The position numbers and the translations under genes were made by a program. A stretch of DNA of 64,000 nucleotides, taken from Macrostomum lignano (Eukaryota). Shown here one piece after another: positions 22,748 to 35,024 of this stretch; position 1 is the stretch's first letter, and each line of letters opens with the position of its first letter. The notes beneath the pieces were generated by a model. That model was not told the origin of the DNA. It made no database searches and saw only the letters and a program-made list of their open reading frames with translations. Location: NCBI GenBank assembly GCA_002269645.1, contig NIVC01000649.1:1-64000 (forward strand), written 5' to 3'.

Positions 22748-25379
22748 ATGCAATTAAGTGTTATAGTTGCAGAAGTAAAAATAGCAACTGAAAGCTTGGT
22801 GGCTTTGCCAGATATTTCTAATGCAGATAATGAGCAACAAACACTTAAACAAGCATTGCGCAATGCATGGAGTATACTCACAGAGCTAAATGAAAAATTG
22901 GCAGAAAATTCTGAACCTAGTAGTAACAATGTGCCACCTTCCATTGCTGATTGGAAGTCCTATTCACAAGAGCTAAGCAATATTCTTGTGAGTTTCTTCT
23001 GTAGCAACTCTATTGGCAGTAGAATCCGTAGCGACTTGCAGCTTCTTGGTGCTTGCTGTCTGATGGAATTGTTCAAGTTGCATTGCCCAGAGAATCCTTT
23101 TGTTGGTTGTCTTAATGAAGCTCAAAGGTAAGCATTATTCTATGACTATTAAATGCATACTTTAAATTTATATAGCTTTCTTTTCTTATCTAATCAATAC
23201 ATGTTAAATTACACAATTCTACCCTTCGATCTACCTCTATTTCATACTATTCTAATATCTACTATTCTACTTGAATCCACCCTTATATCTACTCCTGTTC
23301 TAATAGAATCTACTTTCGATCATATCTACTCCTATTGTGATTGAATCTTCTCCACATCTAATCCTATTCTAAATAAATCTGCCGTCATATCTACTCCTAT
23401 TCTAAATGAATCTACCCTCAAATATACTCCTATTCGAAATAAATCTACCTTCACATCTACTACTCTAAATGAATCTACCCTCATATCTACTCCTATTCTA
23501 AATGAATCTACCTTCACATCTACTACTCTAAATGAATCTACCCTCAAATCTACTCCTATTCGAAATAAATCTACCTTCACATCTACTACTCTAAATGAAT
23601 CTACCCTCATATCTACTCCTATTCGAAATAAATCTACCTTCACATCTACTACTCTAAATGAATCTACCCTCATATCTACTCCTATTCGAAATAAATCTAC
23701 CTTCACATCTACTACTCTAAATGAATCTACCCTCATATCTACTCCTATTCGAAATAAATCTACCTTCACATCTACTACTCTAAATGAATCTACCCTCAAA
23801 TCTACTCCTATTCTAAATGAATCTACATCTTTCTACTTTAAATTTCGGTTTATTCTTCAGTAAAACTTTTTAAATCATGCGACGTACTTTTTATACTACT
23901 ACCAATTTTGTCAAAGTATGAGCCTGTTTACCCCAGCAACCACAACTCCCCATGCAATCCGATTTTGCAGTGTTTGCCAATCTGTCCAGCTGATTGCTCG
24001 CGCAGCGCATCGAGCGGCCACCGGCAGCAGAGGCGGCCCAGCCCTTGGCTATCTGATACGCAACATTGTCGGCACAGATCTTCCTCTGGCACTCAGACCG
24101 TACTCATCTGAGCTGGCCTTGGATGCATCTGCAGCTTGTCTTCGCTGCCTACTGACTGCCGAGCCTGCGGTAGGCAGGTGGGACTGGCCAGGCGGTCCCG
24201 CAGCTGGCCTCGACGCAGCCGCAGCCTCTTTAAATCGACTACTAGATGAAGCTCCAGAATTAATTCGGCAATCTTCGACTGTTGGCCTACTGTTGGATAG
24301 TTGCGTTGCTATGGCAATGACGGCCGAGTCTGACAACTGCTTAGCTGTCAGATTTCTAAGGGAAAATATTGAGTCATTTAGTAAACTGATTGCCGCCGAA
24401 CTGGAGACTCGGATTGTGCGAGCGTTGCGCGTTGATGAAGATTTGGATGATGGAGGCGGTGAGATTCTGGTGGTTGGCTATCTGCGGGTTGTCGTCTGGG
24501 TCTTTCTAAGCGTAAGGATCCTGGCTCCTGCTAGCTGGCAATTCAACATCTCTATATCCTGATGTGTCATGGCACACAAGGGCCAGCCCTAAAGGCATTG
24601 GACTGTGTGCAACCCGGCACACTTTAAGCGACATTTTCACACCACCGGCGAGAGGCATTGCTGCCCATTCCACCGACTCCCCTGAGCAGGCACACACTCA
24701 CACAGGAGTGTACAGCCCTCAAGGACGTTAATTGCACGAGCAGAGCCAAGCCGAGATTCCAATTTAGCCCCAAATTAATGTGACTGCACTTGGAATCGAG
24801 CCTGGGCCGCTGGCACATCAAAGCGCCGCGCGAAACCACTGGGCTACGGTCCTCAGACTTGACGATTAGAAAGTCATCGTTGGTTTTCGGGACGACACTT
24901 TAGTATCTAAGTCTGTCATAGTGTCTTGGTGCACAGATTTGACTGTACCAAGAGATAATCTGGATTTTTCCTTACCCCAGCTTACCCTAATCCCGAATCC
25001 GTCAGGCTGCGACATCAATGAAGCAGCCGCTGAAGCCCAGGAGCTGTTCGCCATCGAGCAGCTGGCCCTGCTGCTGCCGGCAGCGCATCGCTTGTCAACC
25101 ACCGAGCTTGGCGTCCCCGGCCTGAACGCTCGAATACTGCTGCCCCGGCTTCGGTCTCAGCGGGTGGCGGATCGGCTCAGAGCCTGCCGGCAGCTCAGCC
25201 GCCTGATGCTCGTTGGCAGCAGCGACGGTGTGGCCAGGCGGAGCTTCGTCGAAGGCGGCTGGAAAGCTCTGGTAGCCAGGTTCAACGATGTGGCGCCTGC
25301 GGTTAGGTGAGAAGCTGACTGTCTTCTATTGTGTCTGTGTGTCTGTCTGTCTGTCTGTCTGTGTGTGTGTGTGTCTGCG

Positions 25380-25440
<61 letters not shown>

Positions 25441-25523
25441 CTGTCTGTCTGTCTGTTTATCTCTGTCTGTCTGTCTCTGTCTGCCTGTCTGTCTGTCTGT
25501 CTGTCTCTGTCTGCCTGTCTGCC

Positions 25524-25574
<51 letters not shown>

Positions 25575-25583
25575 GTGTCTGTG

Positions 25584-25638
<55 letters not shown>

Positions 25639-28600
25639 AAGTAAGAGCTGTAGCAACTTATCCCCCCAAAAATATCTGACTTGATATCATTGCAGACGGA
25701 TTTGTTTATCGGCAGTGCCAAAACTCTGCACTTTTATTGACACATTCGCATCCGAATGTGACGCCAGCAATAATACTACTGACAATAGTAGTAAGCCAAG
25801 TAAAAATAATAATATTAAGTTTGATTTCGAAGCATTTGACGATTTGCGTCAAGCCTTTAAACTGCGAGCAGTTGATGCGGATGAGTCAGTGAGACTGGCG
25901 CTGGTGGCGGCTCTGGACGCTTTGCCCGCTGGCTTTGAGACAGAGTTCAGGGTGAGTGTTCAGGCAGTTCAGGGTGAGTGTTCAGGTAGTTCAGGGTGAG
26001 TGTTCAGGTAGTTCAGGGTGAGTGTTCAGGCAGTTCAGGGTGAGTGTTCAGGTAGTTCAGGGTGAGTGTTCAGGTAGTTCAGGGTGAGTGTTCAGGTAGT
26101 TCAGGGTGAGTGTTCAGGTAGTTCAGGGTGAGTGTTCAGGCAGTTCAGGGTGAGTGTTCAGGTAGTTCAGGGTGAGTGTTCAGGTAGTTCAGGGTGAGTG
26201 TTCAGGCAGTTCAGGGTGAGTGTTCAGGTAGTTTAGGGTGAGTGTTCAGGTAGTTCAGGGTGAGTGTTCAGGTAGTTCAGGGTGAGTGTTCAGGTAGTTC
26301 AGGGTGAGTGTTCAGGTAGTTCAGGGTGAGTGTTCAGGCAGTTCAGGGTGAGTGTTCAGGTAGTTCAGGGTGAGTGTTCAGGTAGTTCAGGGTGAGTGTT
26401 CAGGCAGTTCAGGGTGAGTGTTCAGGTAGTTCAGGGTGAGTGTTCAGGCAGTTCAGGGTGAGTGTTCAGGTAGTTCAGGGTGAGTGTTCAGGTAGTTCAG
26501 GGTGAGTGTTCAGGCAGTTCAGGGTGAGTGTTCAGGTAGTTCAGGGTGAGTGTTCAGGTAGTTCAGGGTGAGTGTTCAGGTAGTTCAGGGTGAGTGTTCA
26601 GGTAGTTCAGGGTGAGTGTTCAGGTAGTTCAGGGTGAGTGTTCAGGCAGTTCAGGGTGAGCGTTAAAGTAGTTCAGGATGAATTCATGCTAGAGCAGCTC
26701 ATTATAGTTTTAAGTAGTTTAGAGTAGAGAGAAAATTTGAGCAGTTCAGTGTAGATTTGAGCAGTTCAGTGTAGATTTGAGCAGTTCAAGGTAGATTTGA
26801 GCAGTTCAGGTAGATTTGAGCAGTTCAAGGTAGATTTGAGCAGGGTAGTACCTCACTTTCCTCATCATACTTTTTATCATATCAACCAGACAAGTATAAT
26901 GGCGGCTCGTTCTCGCGACCTGTCGTCCCGGGTTCGAATCCGGGCCTTATGCTCCCTGGCCAGCCTGTCGGTAGCAGCCGGGCCGGCAGCTGGGGGTTCC
27001 GCGATCGGCAGCTTCATCGAAGACTCCCAATTGAGTCACGTGAACGCCGCAGCCAGCGCTTTGATGTCCGCCTATCGACTGCATCCGATTGAGGTTGAGC
27101 GACATATCGCCGACCTGTTAACGGTAGCTAGCCAGTCTCTGGGCGGTTATTCTCCAGCTCAGAGTCGGGCCTTCGTGTTGCTGGCTCGATGGCGAGGCTT
27201 TTTAGCGCAAGGCGCCGCTACTAAGGCTGCTGGGGCGTTTCTGCAGATGCTGAAGAGTCTGTGGCATGTTAATCAGGTGAGTTATAGTTGTCTTATTGAT
27301 AATGCCTTCTGACACTTGCTGTCATCCTGTCTGACACTTGCTGTCATCCTGTCTGACACTTGCTGTCATCCTGTCTGACACTTGCTGTCATCCTGTCTGA
27401 CACTTGCTGTCATCCTGTCTGACACTTGCTGTCATCCTGTCTGACACTTGCTGTCATCCTGTCTGACACTTGCTGTCATCCCATCTGACACACTTGCTGT
27501 TATCCTGTCTGACACTTGCTGTCATACTGTCTGACCCTTGCTGTCATCCTGTCTGACACTTGCTGTCATCCTGTCTGACCCTTGCTGTTATCCTGTCTGA
27601 CACTTGCTGTCATCCTGTCTGACCCTTGCTGTTATCCCATCTGACACACTTGCTGTCATCCTGTCTGACACTTGCTGTATCCTGTCTGACACTTGCTGTT
27701 ATCCTATCTGACACACTTGCTGTTATCCCATCTGACACAATTGCTGTCATCCTGTCTGACACTTGCTGTCATCCTGTCTGACACTTGCTGTTATTCTATC
27801 TGACACACTTGCTGTTATCCCATCTGACACCCTTGCTGTTATCCTATCTGACACCCTTGCTGTTATCCCATCTGACACCCTTGCTGTTATCCCATCTGAC
27901 ACACTTGCTGTTATCCCATCTGACACACTTGCTGTTATCCCATCTGACACACTTGCTGTTATCCTATCTGACACACTTGTTGTTATCCTGTCTGACACAC
28001 TTGCTGTTATCCCATCTGACACACTTGCTGTTATCCCATCTGACACACTTGCTGTTATCCTATCTGACACACTTGCTGTTATCCCATCTGACACACTTGC
28101 TGTTATCCTGTCTGACACACTTGCTGTTATCCCATCTGACACACTTGCTGTTATCCTATCTGACACACTTGCTGTTATCCTATCTGACACACTTGCTGTT
28201 ATCCCATCTGACACACTTGCTGTTATCCCATCTGACACACTTGCTGTTATCCCATCTGACACACTTGCTGTTATCCCATCTGACACACTTGCTGTTATCC
28301 CATCTGACACACTTGCTGTTTCAATTGTCCTAATAAAATGGCTCCAGCTATTCAGACAGACCCTGGCCTACCTGGAGTCGGCCAGCTCAGACAAATCCTC
28401 AAACTCTCAGGCGTGGCTGACCAACCGAATGCGCACCTTAGCCACTTATTTCCCTATTGAGCATCATTCCGCCAGCTATGTGCAACAGTCGCTATTGAAT
28501 CTGCACAAACGATTGGCTAAATCAACGAAAGGAACCGAACTGCATCGGTTGTTGGCCTCTGACTGCGATTTAGAAACTGCCAATCGATTGAGGCGTCGAA

Positions 28601-31600
28601 TTTCTATTAGTTCGGCTATCAATTCGCTGAGTAGTGATGAGAAGGCCTTGGCAACCGCTCTGCTGACTCGGCTGGGTCCGTGTCTTGTTGATAGGGCCAG
28701 TTTTGTTGCTTTGATTAGCGCTGCTCAGCCAGGATCGTTGGATGATTTACAGCTTATCAATGCTTTGATCTTTTATCGGCCTGAGCTGTTGAACTGCGCT
28801 CAGCCTCTGCTGGGTGAGTCTAGGTTCAGGTAGCTTGCTGTAGATTCAGATAGCCTATTGGTAGCTTCAGATAGCTTATTGGTAGCTTCAGATAGCCTAT
28901 TGGTAGCTTCAGATAGCTTATTGGTAGCTTCAGATAGCTTATTGGTAGCTTCAGATAGCTTATTGGTAGCTTCAGATAGCTTATTGGTAGCTTCAGATAG
29001 CTTATTGGTAGCTTCAGATAGCCTATTGGTAGCTTCAGATAGCCTATTGGTAGCTTCAGATAGCCTATTGGTAGCTTCAGATAGCTTATTGGTAGCTTCA
29101 GATAGCTTATTGGTAGCTTCAGGTAGCTTATTGGTAGCTTCAGATAGCCTATTGGTAGCTTCAGATAGCTTATTGGTAGCTTCAGATAGCTTATTGGTAG
29201 CTTCAGGTAGCTTATTGGTAGCTTCAGATAGCCTATTGGTAGCTTCAGATAGCCTATTGGTAGCTTCAGATAGCTTATTGGTAGCTTCAGATAGCCTATT
29301 GGTAGCTTCAGATAGCTTATTGGTAGCTTCAGATAGCCTATTGGTAGCTTCAGATAGCTTATTGGTAGCTTCAGAAAGCTTATTGGTAGCTTCAGGTAGC
29401 TTATTGGTAGCTTCAGATAGCTTAATGGTAGGTTCAGGTAGCTTAATGGTAGATTCAGGTAGCTTAATGGTAGGTTCAGGTAGCTTAATGGTAGGTTCAG
29501 GTAGCTTAATGGTAGATTCAGGTAGCTCAGTGGTAGGTTCAGGTAACTTATTGGTAGATTCAGGTAGCTTAATGGTAGATTTAGGTAGCTTAATGGTAGG
29601 TTCAGGTAGCTTAATGGTAGATTTAGGTAGCTTAATCGTAGATTCAAGTAGCTCAGTGGTAGGTTCAGGTAACTTATTGGTAGATACAGGTAGCTTAATA
29701 TTAGGTTCAGGTAGCTTGCTGTAGATTCGGATAGCCTATTGGTAGCTTCAGATAGCTTATTGGTAGGTTCAGGTAGCTTAATGGTAGGCTCAGGTAGCTT
29801 ATTGGTAGGCTCAGGTAGCTTATTGGTAGGCTCAGATAGCTTATTGGTAGGCTCAGGTAGCTTATTGGTAGGCTCAGGTAGCTTATTGGTAGATTCAAGC
29901 AGCTGATCGCTAGCCCACATTCCATTTCAACATTGTCTCCTAGACTTGCTAGTGGCATCCCTAGACGCTGCCCCAGTGCCTGTCAATCAGTCATCAGCCA
30001 GAGCTCCCAGTCGAATCCTCTGCTGCCTTCGAATCCTGGACACATCGCTAACGTCCACCCCTGCTAGCGCAGAAATCGCTTCAAGTCCGCTGACAGAATC
30101 AATCGAAGCTCGACTCGTATCTCTGTGCCAATCCGAGGAATCGCTAGTCTCCAAGGCGGCTATTGGTTGCTTAGCAACGCTAACGGCTTTCTCATCGTCT
30201 GCTCAGAAGTCGAACAGTCCGAATATTGCTTGGCTAGCAGAAGCTGCTCTGACGGCCGATTGGAAGTCAGGCGCGTGTCGGGAAAATCCGATTCGATTGT
30301 TGGATGCGTTCGGCCATTTGATGAAGTCTCCATTGGCTGAGAGGCTGGGTCTGCTGCAGATGGATCGGATTGGGAATTTCCTGACTAACGAGCTGCTGCC
30401 TCTCATTGGTAAAGGCGTTGTAGCAACTGGTGCTGCAGTTCAAGACGCCCAGAAGTCTGCTAGAATGGATCTGACAGCTTGGACACCTTGGGAGAAATTG
30501 TCTGACAATACCAGATTGCGTTTGGCTGCGATCAAGTGTCTGACTAGGTGTCTGGCTGGCCTGAGACTGGTGAGGAGGATTTCGTTTGGTGTTTTTGGGT
30601 GTGAAGAGGTTTAAAGAGGGTAGGAGAGGGTAGGAGAGGGTAGGAGAGGGTGAGAGAGGGTAGGAGAGGGTAGGAGAGGGTGAGAGAGGGTAGGAGAGGG
30701 TAGGAGAGGGTGAGAGAGGGTAGGAGAGGGTGAGAGAGGGTAGGAGAGGGTGAGAGAGGGTAGGAGAGGGTGAGAGAGGGTAGGAGAGGGTGAGAGAGGG
30801 TAGGAGAGGGTGAGAGAGGGTAGGAGAGGGTAAGAGAGGGTGAGAGAGGGTAGGAAAGAGTGAAAGAGGGTAGGGAAGAGTGAGAGAGGGTAGGGAAGAG
30901 TGAGAGAGGGTAGGGAAGAGTGAGAGAGGGTAGGGAAGAGTGAGAGAGGTTAGGGAAGAATGAGAGAGGGTAGGGAAGAATGAGAGAGGGTAGGGAAGAG
31001 TGAGAGAGGGTAGGAAAATGGCAAAACGAGTGAGAGAATGTTGGTGAGAATGGGAACTATCTAGCGAGAGTGAGAGGGTAGAAAAGAGTCAATCAGTGCC
31101 TTCAAGGGTAAAACAGTAGGAGAGGTGAAGACAGTGCACCCAAGAAACAAAGGGTCGCATATTTCCCCAATGCGAAATGCCGTTCAATCGCAAACCAGGC
31201 CCCTGAGGAAGAGTTCGCCGACTCTCAAGATGCAGCCAACTGGGACGCAGTCGTCTCCCAGTCTATCGACGCCCTCCACTCGCTGCTTCTCGCCGACGGT
31301 CAGCCTGACATCGCCATTGAAGCCACTCCGTCTGGCGACCTCAGTCAGCTGCGACTGACAGCGGCTGGCCGGCTGATCGGCCTGACCCGGCACCGGGCTT
31401 ATCAGCGCCGGCTGACGCGACCTGACCTGCTGCAGGCGCTGCTGTACACGGCCGCCTGCGATCCGTGCCCGACTGTGCGACGTCGGCTGCTGCTGTCGAA
31501 GCTGCACAGCGGGCTGGCGCGTCTGCGACTGCCGAACGACTTTTTAGCAGCGTACGCCTTTGTCACCGAGGCGGCTGGCGGCGGCAAAGACAGCGACTTT

Positions 31601-33316
31601 CAGCGGCTGGCCTGCGCCAGTCTGCGGCGGGTCGTGGCTAAGCGGCGGCAGTTTATGGCCGCGAATTGGGATCAGGTAGGGTTTTGTGATGGCCTGCACT
31701 CCCAGATCCTCAGTTGCTGGACCAGCCTCCCAGATCCTCAGTTGCTAGGCCAGCCACCCAGATCCTCAGTTGCTGAGCCACCAGCCTCCCAGATCCCCAG
31801 TTTCTGAGCCACCAGCCTTTCAGATCCCCAGTTGCTGGGCCACCAGCCTTTCAGATCCTCAGTTGCTAGTCCAGCCTCCCAGATCCCCAGTTGCTGGGCC
31901 ACCAGCCTTTCAGATCCCCAGTTGCTGGGCCACCAGCCTCTCAGATCCTCAGTTGTTGGGCCACCAGCCTCCCAGATCCTCAGTTGCTGAGCCACCAGCC
32001 TTTCAGATCCTCAGTTGCTGGTCCAGCCTCCCAGATCCCCAGTTGCTGGGCCACCAGCCTTTCAGATCCTCAGTTGCTGGGCCACCAGCCTTTCAGATCC
32101 TCAGTTGCTGGGCCACCAGCCTTTCAGATCCCAGTTGCTAGGCCACCAGCCTTTCAGATCTAATACCCAAGGCACAGAGGCGTTTTTGGGGGTCGGCGGG
32201 ATGTGGATGACTCCCCAGATTCCAAAATTTATCCCTTCCCTCTCTCCCAACACAGGTGTCGCAGGACAGTCGCCTGTTTTACTCCCTGCTGCCCGAGGCC
32301 TGCCTGTCCACAGCGGTGCACCTGTGGGCGGGCGATCCGGACTTCCGGGAGCCGTCGGACTCGCGGCTGCTGGCGAGACCGTTGGCAGGGATGCGACTCC
32401 TGCTGCGGCAGCTGCTTGCCTCTAGTAGCAATGTTGGCAAAGGTTTGGACCTCAATGTGAATCTCATCCAGTCTGAGTGTGAATCTCAGCCAGTCTAAGT
32501 GTGAATCTCAGCCAGTCTAAGTGTGAATCTCAGCCAGTATAAGTGTGAACCTTATCCAGTCTTAGTGTGAATCTCAGCCAGTCTAATTGTGAATCTTAGC
32601 CAGTCTAATAGTGAACCTCATCCTATCAAAGAGTGAAGCTCATGCCATCTAAGATTGAATCTCATCCAGTCTGAGAGTGAATCCCATCCATTCTAAGATT
32701 GAATCCCATCCATTCTAAGATTGAATCTCATCCAGTCTGAGAGTGAATCCCATCCATTCTAAGATTGAATCTCATCCTGTCTGAGAGTGAATCTCATCCT
32801 GCCTGTTCCTCAGCCTCCCTCAGCGGCGGCAGTCTGTTCACCTGGATCAGGCGCCTGCTAGAAAAGATTCGCTCCTCTCGCGACGCCCGATCGCCCGACA
32901 ACGACGCGGCAGCCGGTCGAATCCGAGCCGTGGCCGACCTGACCTTCGGCCTGCTGGTCACCCTGTCCTCAAAGTTTGTGGACGCTCAACTACCATTCGA
33001 ACCGCAGCTGCCCAAGAAGCTGTACTGCTTCCAATCTGGCGGATTATTGAAAGCCAATAATTACCCAGAGTTTTCCAGCTTGCCGGCAGACTTCCGGTTC
33101 CAGCAGCCGCGAAATCGGCAAGCCTTGGATAGCGGACTGATTCCGGCTAGTCGCGTAGCGGTCTCTAATCCAGATGCCAGACTGCTGACGTCCATGGCTG
33201 GTCGGAGAAGGAAATCCGACGGAGATAATTCCATAATTTCGTCTGAGGAGGAGGAGGAGGATTTGCAGGAGCCCCAAGTGGACAAGCGGCCACGGCAGAG
33301 GAGGAGCTGCCACTAA
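22748..33316 (+). CDS. PDS5: PDS5 sister-chromatid cohesion protein, 10 coding exons, about 1400 aa
   Basis: Phase-consistent GT-AG model: 22748-23127, 23861 (needs +1 T) or 23917-24458, 24937-25306, 25696-25951, 26890-27276, 28348-28813, 29944-30569, 31199-31675, 32256-32442, 32814-33316. HEAT-repeat motifs match PDS5: [68 protein letters not shown] and [21 protein letters not shown]. Confidence 0.9.
23340..23830. repeat. About 60-bp composite minisatellite in PDS5 intron 1
   Basis: Recurring ATCTACTCCTATTCGAAATAAATCTACCTTCAC and ATCTACTACTCTAAATGAATCTACCCTC blocks. Confidence 0.9.
25330..25637. repeat. (TCTG)n microsatellite in PDS5 intron 3
   Basis: Direct inspection. Confidence 0.97.
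25944..26660 (+). repeat. 22-bp minisatellite spanning the PDS5 exon 4/intron 4 donor (AGTTCAGG|GTGAGTGTTCAGGY), about 32 copies
   Basis: The first unit overlaps the last 8 exon nt and the GTGAGT donor at 25952. Confidence 0.97.
26738..26843 (+). repeat. Short array of about 20-bp units (GTAGATTTGAGCAGTTCA) near the PDS5 intron 4 acceptor
   Basis: About 5 copies by inspection. Confidence 0.85.
27309..28320. repeat. 22/24-bp minisatellite (CTGACAC[AC]TTGCTGTYATCCY[GA]T) filling PDS5 intron 5
   Basis: Direct inspection. The unit shifts from 22 to 24 bp along the array. Confidence 0.97.
28830..29910. repeat. 21-bp minisatellite (ATTGGTAGCTTCAGATAGCTT) filling PDS5 intron 6
   Basis: Direct inspection. 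It explains the [14 protein letters not shown] ORFs. Confidence 0.97.
30614..31020. repeat. 10-bp purine-rich repeat (GAGAGGGTAG/GAGAGGGTGA) in PDS5 intron 7
   Basis: Direct inspection. Confidence 0.95.
31700..32160. repeat. About 31-bp minisatellite (CAGATCCTCAGTTGCTGGGCCACCAGCCTTT) in PDS5 intron 8
   Basis: Direct inspection. Confidence 0.95.
32455..32805. repeat. Degenerate 22-27-bp array (GTGAATCTCAGCCAGTCTAA) in PDS5 intron 9
   Basis: Direct inspection. It runs to within about 10 nt of the acceptor at 32813. Confidence 0.9.
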
Positions 33317-33439
33317 ATTAAAGACGTCTCGCAGACAAAATTGTTTTCTTTGGCGGAAAGTTCAAGGACTCGGGACAGCGTTCACTTTCTTAGAGAATAC
33401 TTTTTTGAAGGCTGGCATTTTATTTATTACTAATAGTGA

Positions 33440-34660
33440 AGTTTGGGATTTGTGACGTTTGGGATTTGTGACGTTTGGGATTTGTGACGTTTGGGATTTG
33501 TGACGTTTGGGATTTGTGACGTTTGGGATTTGTGACGTTTGGGATTTGTGACGTTTGGGATTTGTGATGTTTGGGATTTGTGACGTTTGGGATTTGTGAA
33601 GAATTGGATTTGTGAAGAATGGGAGTTGTGAAGAATTGGATTTGAGAAGAATGGGATTTGAGAAGAATGGGATTTGAGAAGAATGGGATTTGAGAAAAAT
33701 TGGATTTGTGAAGAATGGGATTTGTGAAGAATGGGATTTGAGAAGAATGGGATTTGTGAAGTTTAGGATTTGTGTAGTTTGGGTTTTGTGAAGTTTGGGG
33801 TTTGTGAAGTTTAGGATTTGTGTAGTTTGGGGTTTGTGAAGTTTGGGGTTTGTAAAGTTTTGGATTTGTGAAGAATGGGATTTGTGACGAATAGGATTTG
33901 TGAAGTTTGGGATTTTTAAAGAATTGGATTTGTGAAGTTTAGGATTTTTATAGAATTGGATTTGTGAAGTTTAGGATTTGTGTAGTTTGGGGTTTGTGAA
34001 GTTTGGGGTTTGTGAGGCTTTGGATTTGTGAAGAATGGGTCAATGGGATTTGTGAAGAATTGGATTTGTGACAAATGGGATTTGTGAAGAATGGGATTTG
34101 TGAAGAATGGGATTTGTGAAGAATGGGATTTGTGAAGAATGGGATTTGTGACGAATGGGATTTGTGAAGTTTGGGATTTTTAAAGAATGGGATTTGTGAA
34201 GTTTAGGATTTGTGAAGTTTGGGATTTTTAAAGAATGGGATTTGTGAAGTTTAGGATTTGTGAAGTTTGGGATTTGTGAAGAATGGAATTTGTGAAGAAT
34301 GGGATTTGTGAAGTTTGTGATGTGTAAAGTTTGAGATGTGTGAAGAATGGGATTTGAGAAGAATGGGATTTGTGAAGAATGGGATTTGTGAAGAATGGGA
34401 TTTGTGAAGTTTGGGATTTTTAAAGAATGGGATTTGTGAAGAATGGGATTTGTGAAGTTTGGGATTTTTAAAGAATGGGATTTGTGAAGAATGGGATTTG
34501 TGAAGAATGGGATTTGTGAAGTTTGGGATTTTTAAAGAATGGGATTTGTGAAGAATGGGGTTTGTGAAGTTTGGGATTTTTAAAGAATGGGATTTTTAAA
34601 GAATGGGATTTGTGAAGAATGGGATTTGTGAAGAAAGGAATTTGTGAAAAAAAGGATTTG
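33440..34660. repeat. 16-bp minisatellite (GGGATTTGTGAAGAAT and variants) downstream of PDS5
   Basis: Direct inspection. Confidence 0.97.
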
Positions 34661-35024
34661 TGAAGTTTTCACCCAATATTAATACCTTACAAAAGACTGT
34701 CAAGGCCAAGGGGGTTGAATGCATGCCCCATTATTTGAGTCGCTATTTCTTAATTATAAATTTGAAAAAGAAACTGTTATTAGCTTGTATTGCTATTGTC
34801 TGTTTTTGCCAAAAATTAGCCGCTAGATTGGTTTTTCAGCAGATTTTTTATATAGCTTTTTCTGTTAAACTAGATTATTTTGAGTTATGATTTTTTAATA
34901 TATATTTCTATCTAATAAATAAAAGTTTTTTCGTTTTTCTTTAGTTTTTTGCTTCTTTCTGGTTTAGTTAATATCTATAAAGTTTTGCATTTCCACGGTT
35001 TAATCTCTCCGTGTGTACTCCCTG

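Noticed and set aside
25944-26660. CRISPR-like array (also considered for other regular repeats)
   Set aside because: Units are head-to-tail without unique spacers, there are no cas genes, and the context is a eukaryotic intron.
27747-29920. Repeat-derived N-termini of the 356-aa and 288-aa ORFs and the antisense ORFs over PDS5
   Set aside because: Only 28348-28813 is exonic in the phase-consistent model; the rest is intronic minisatellite.
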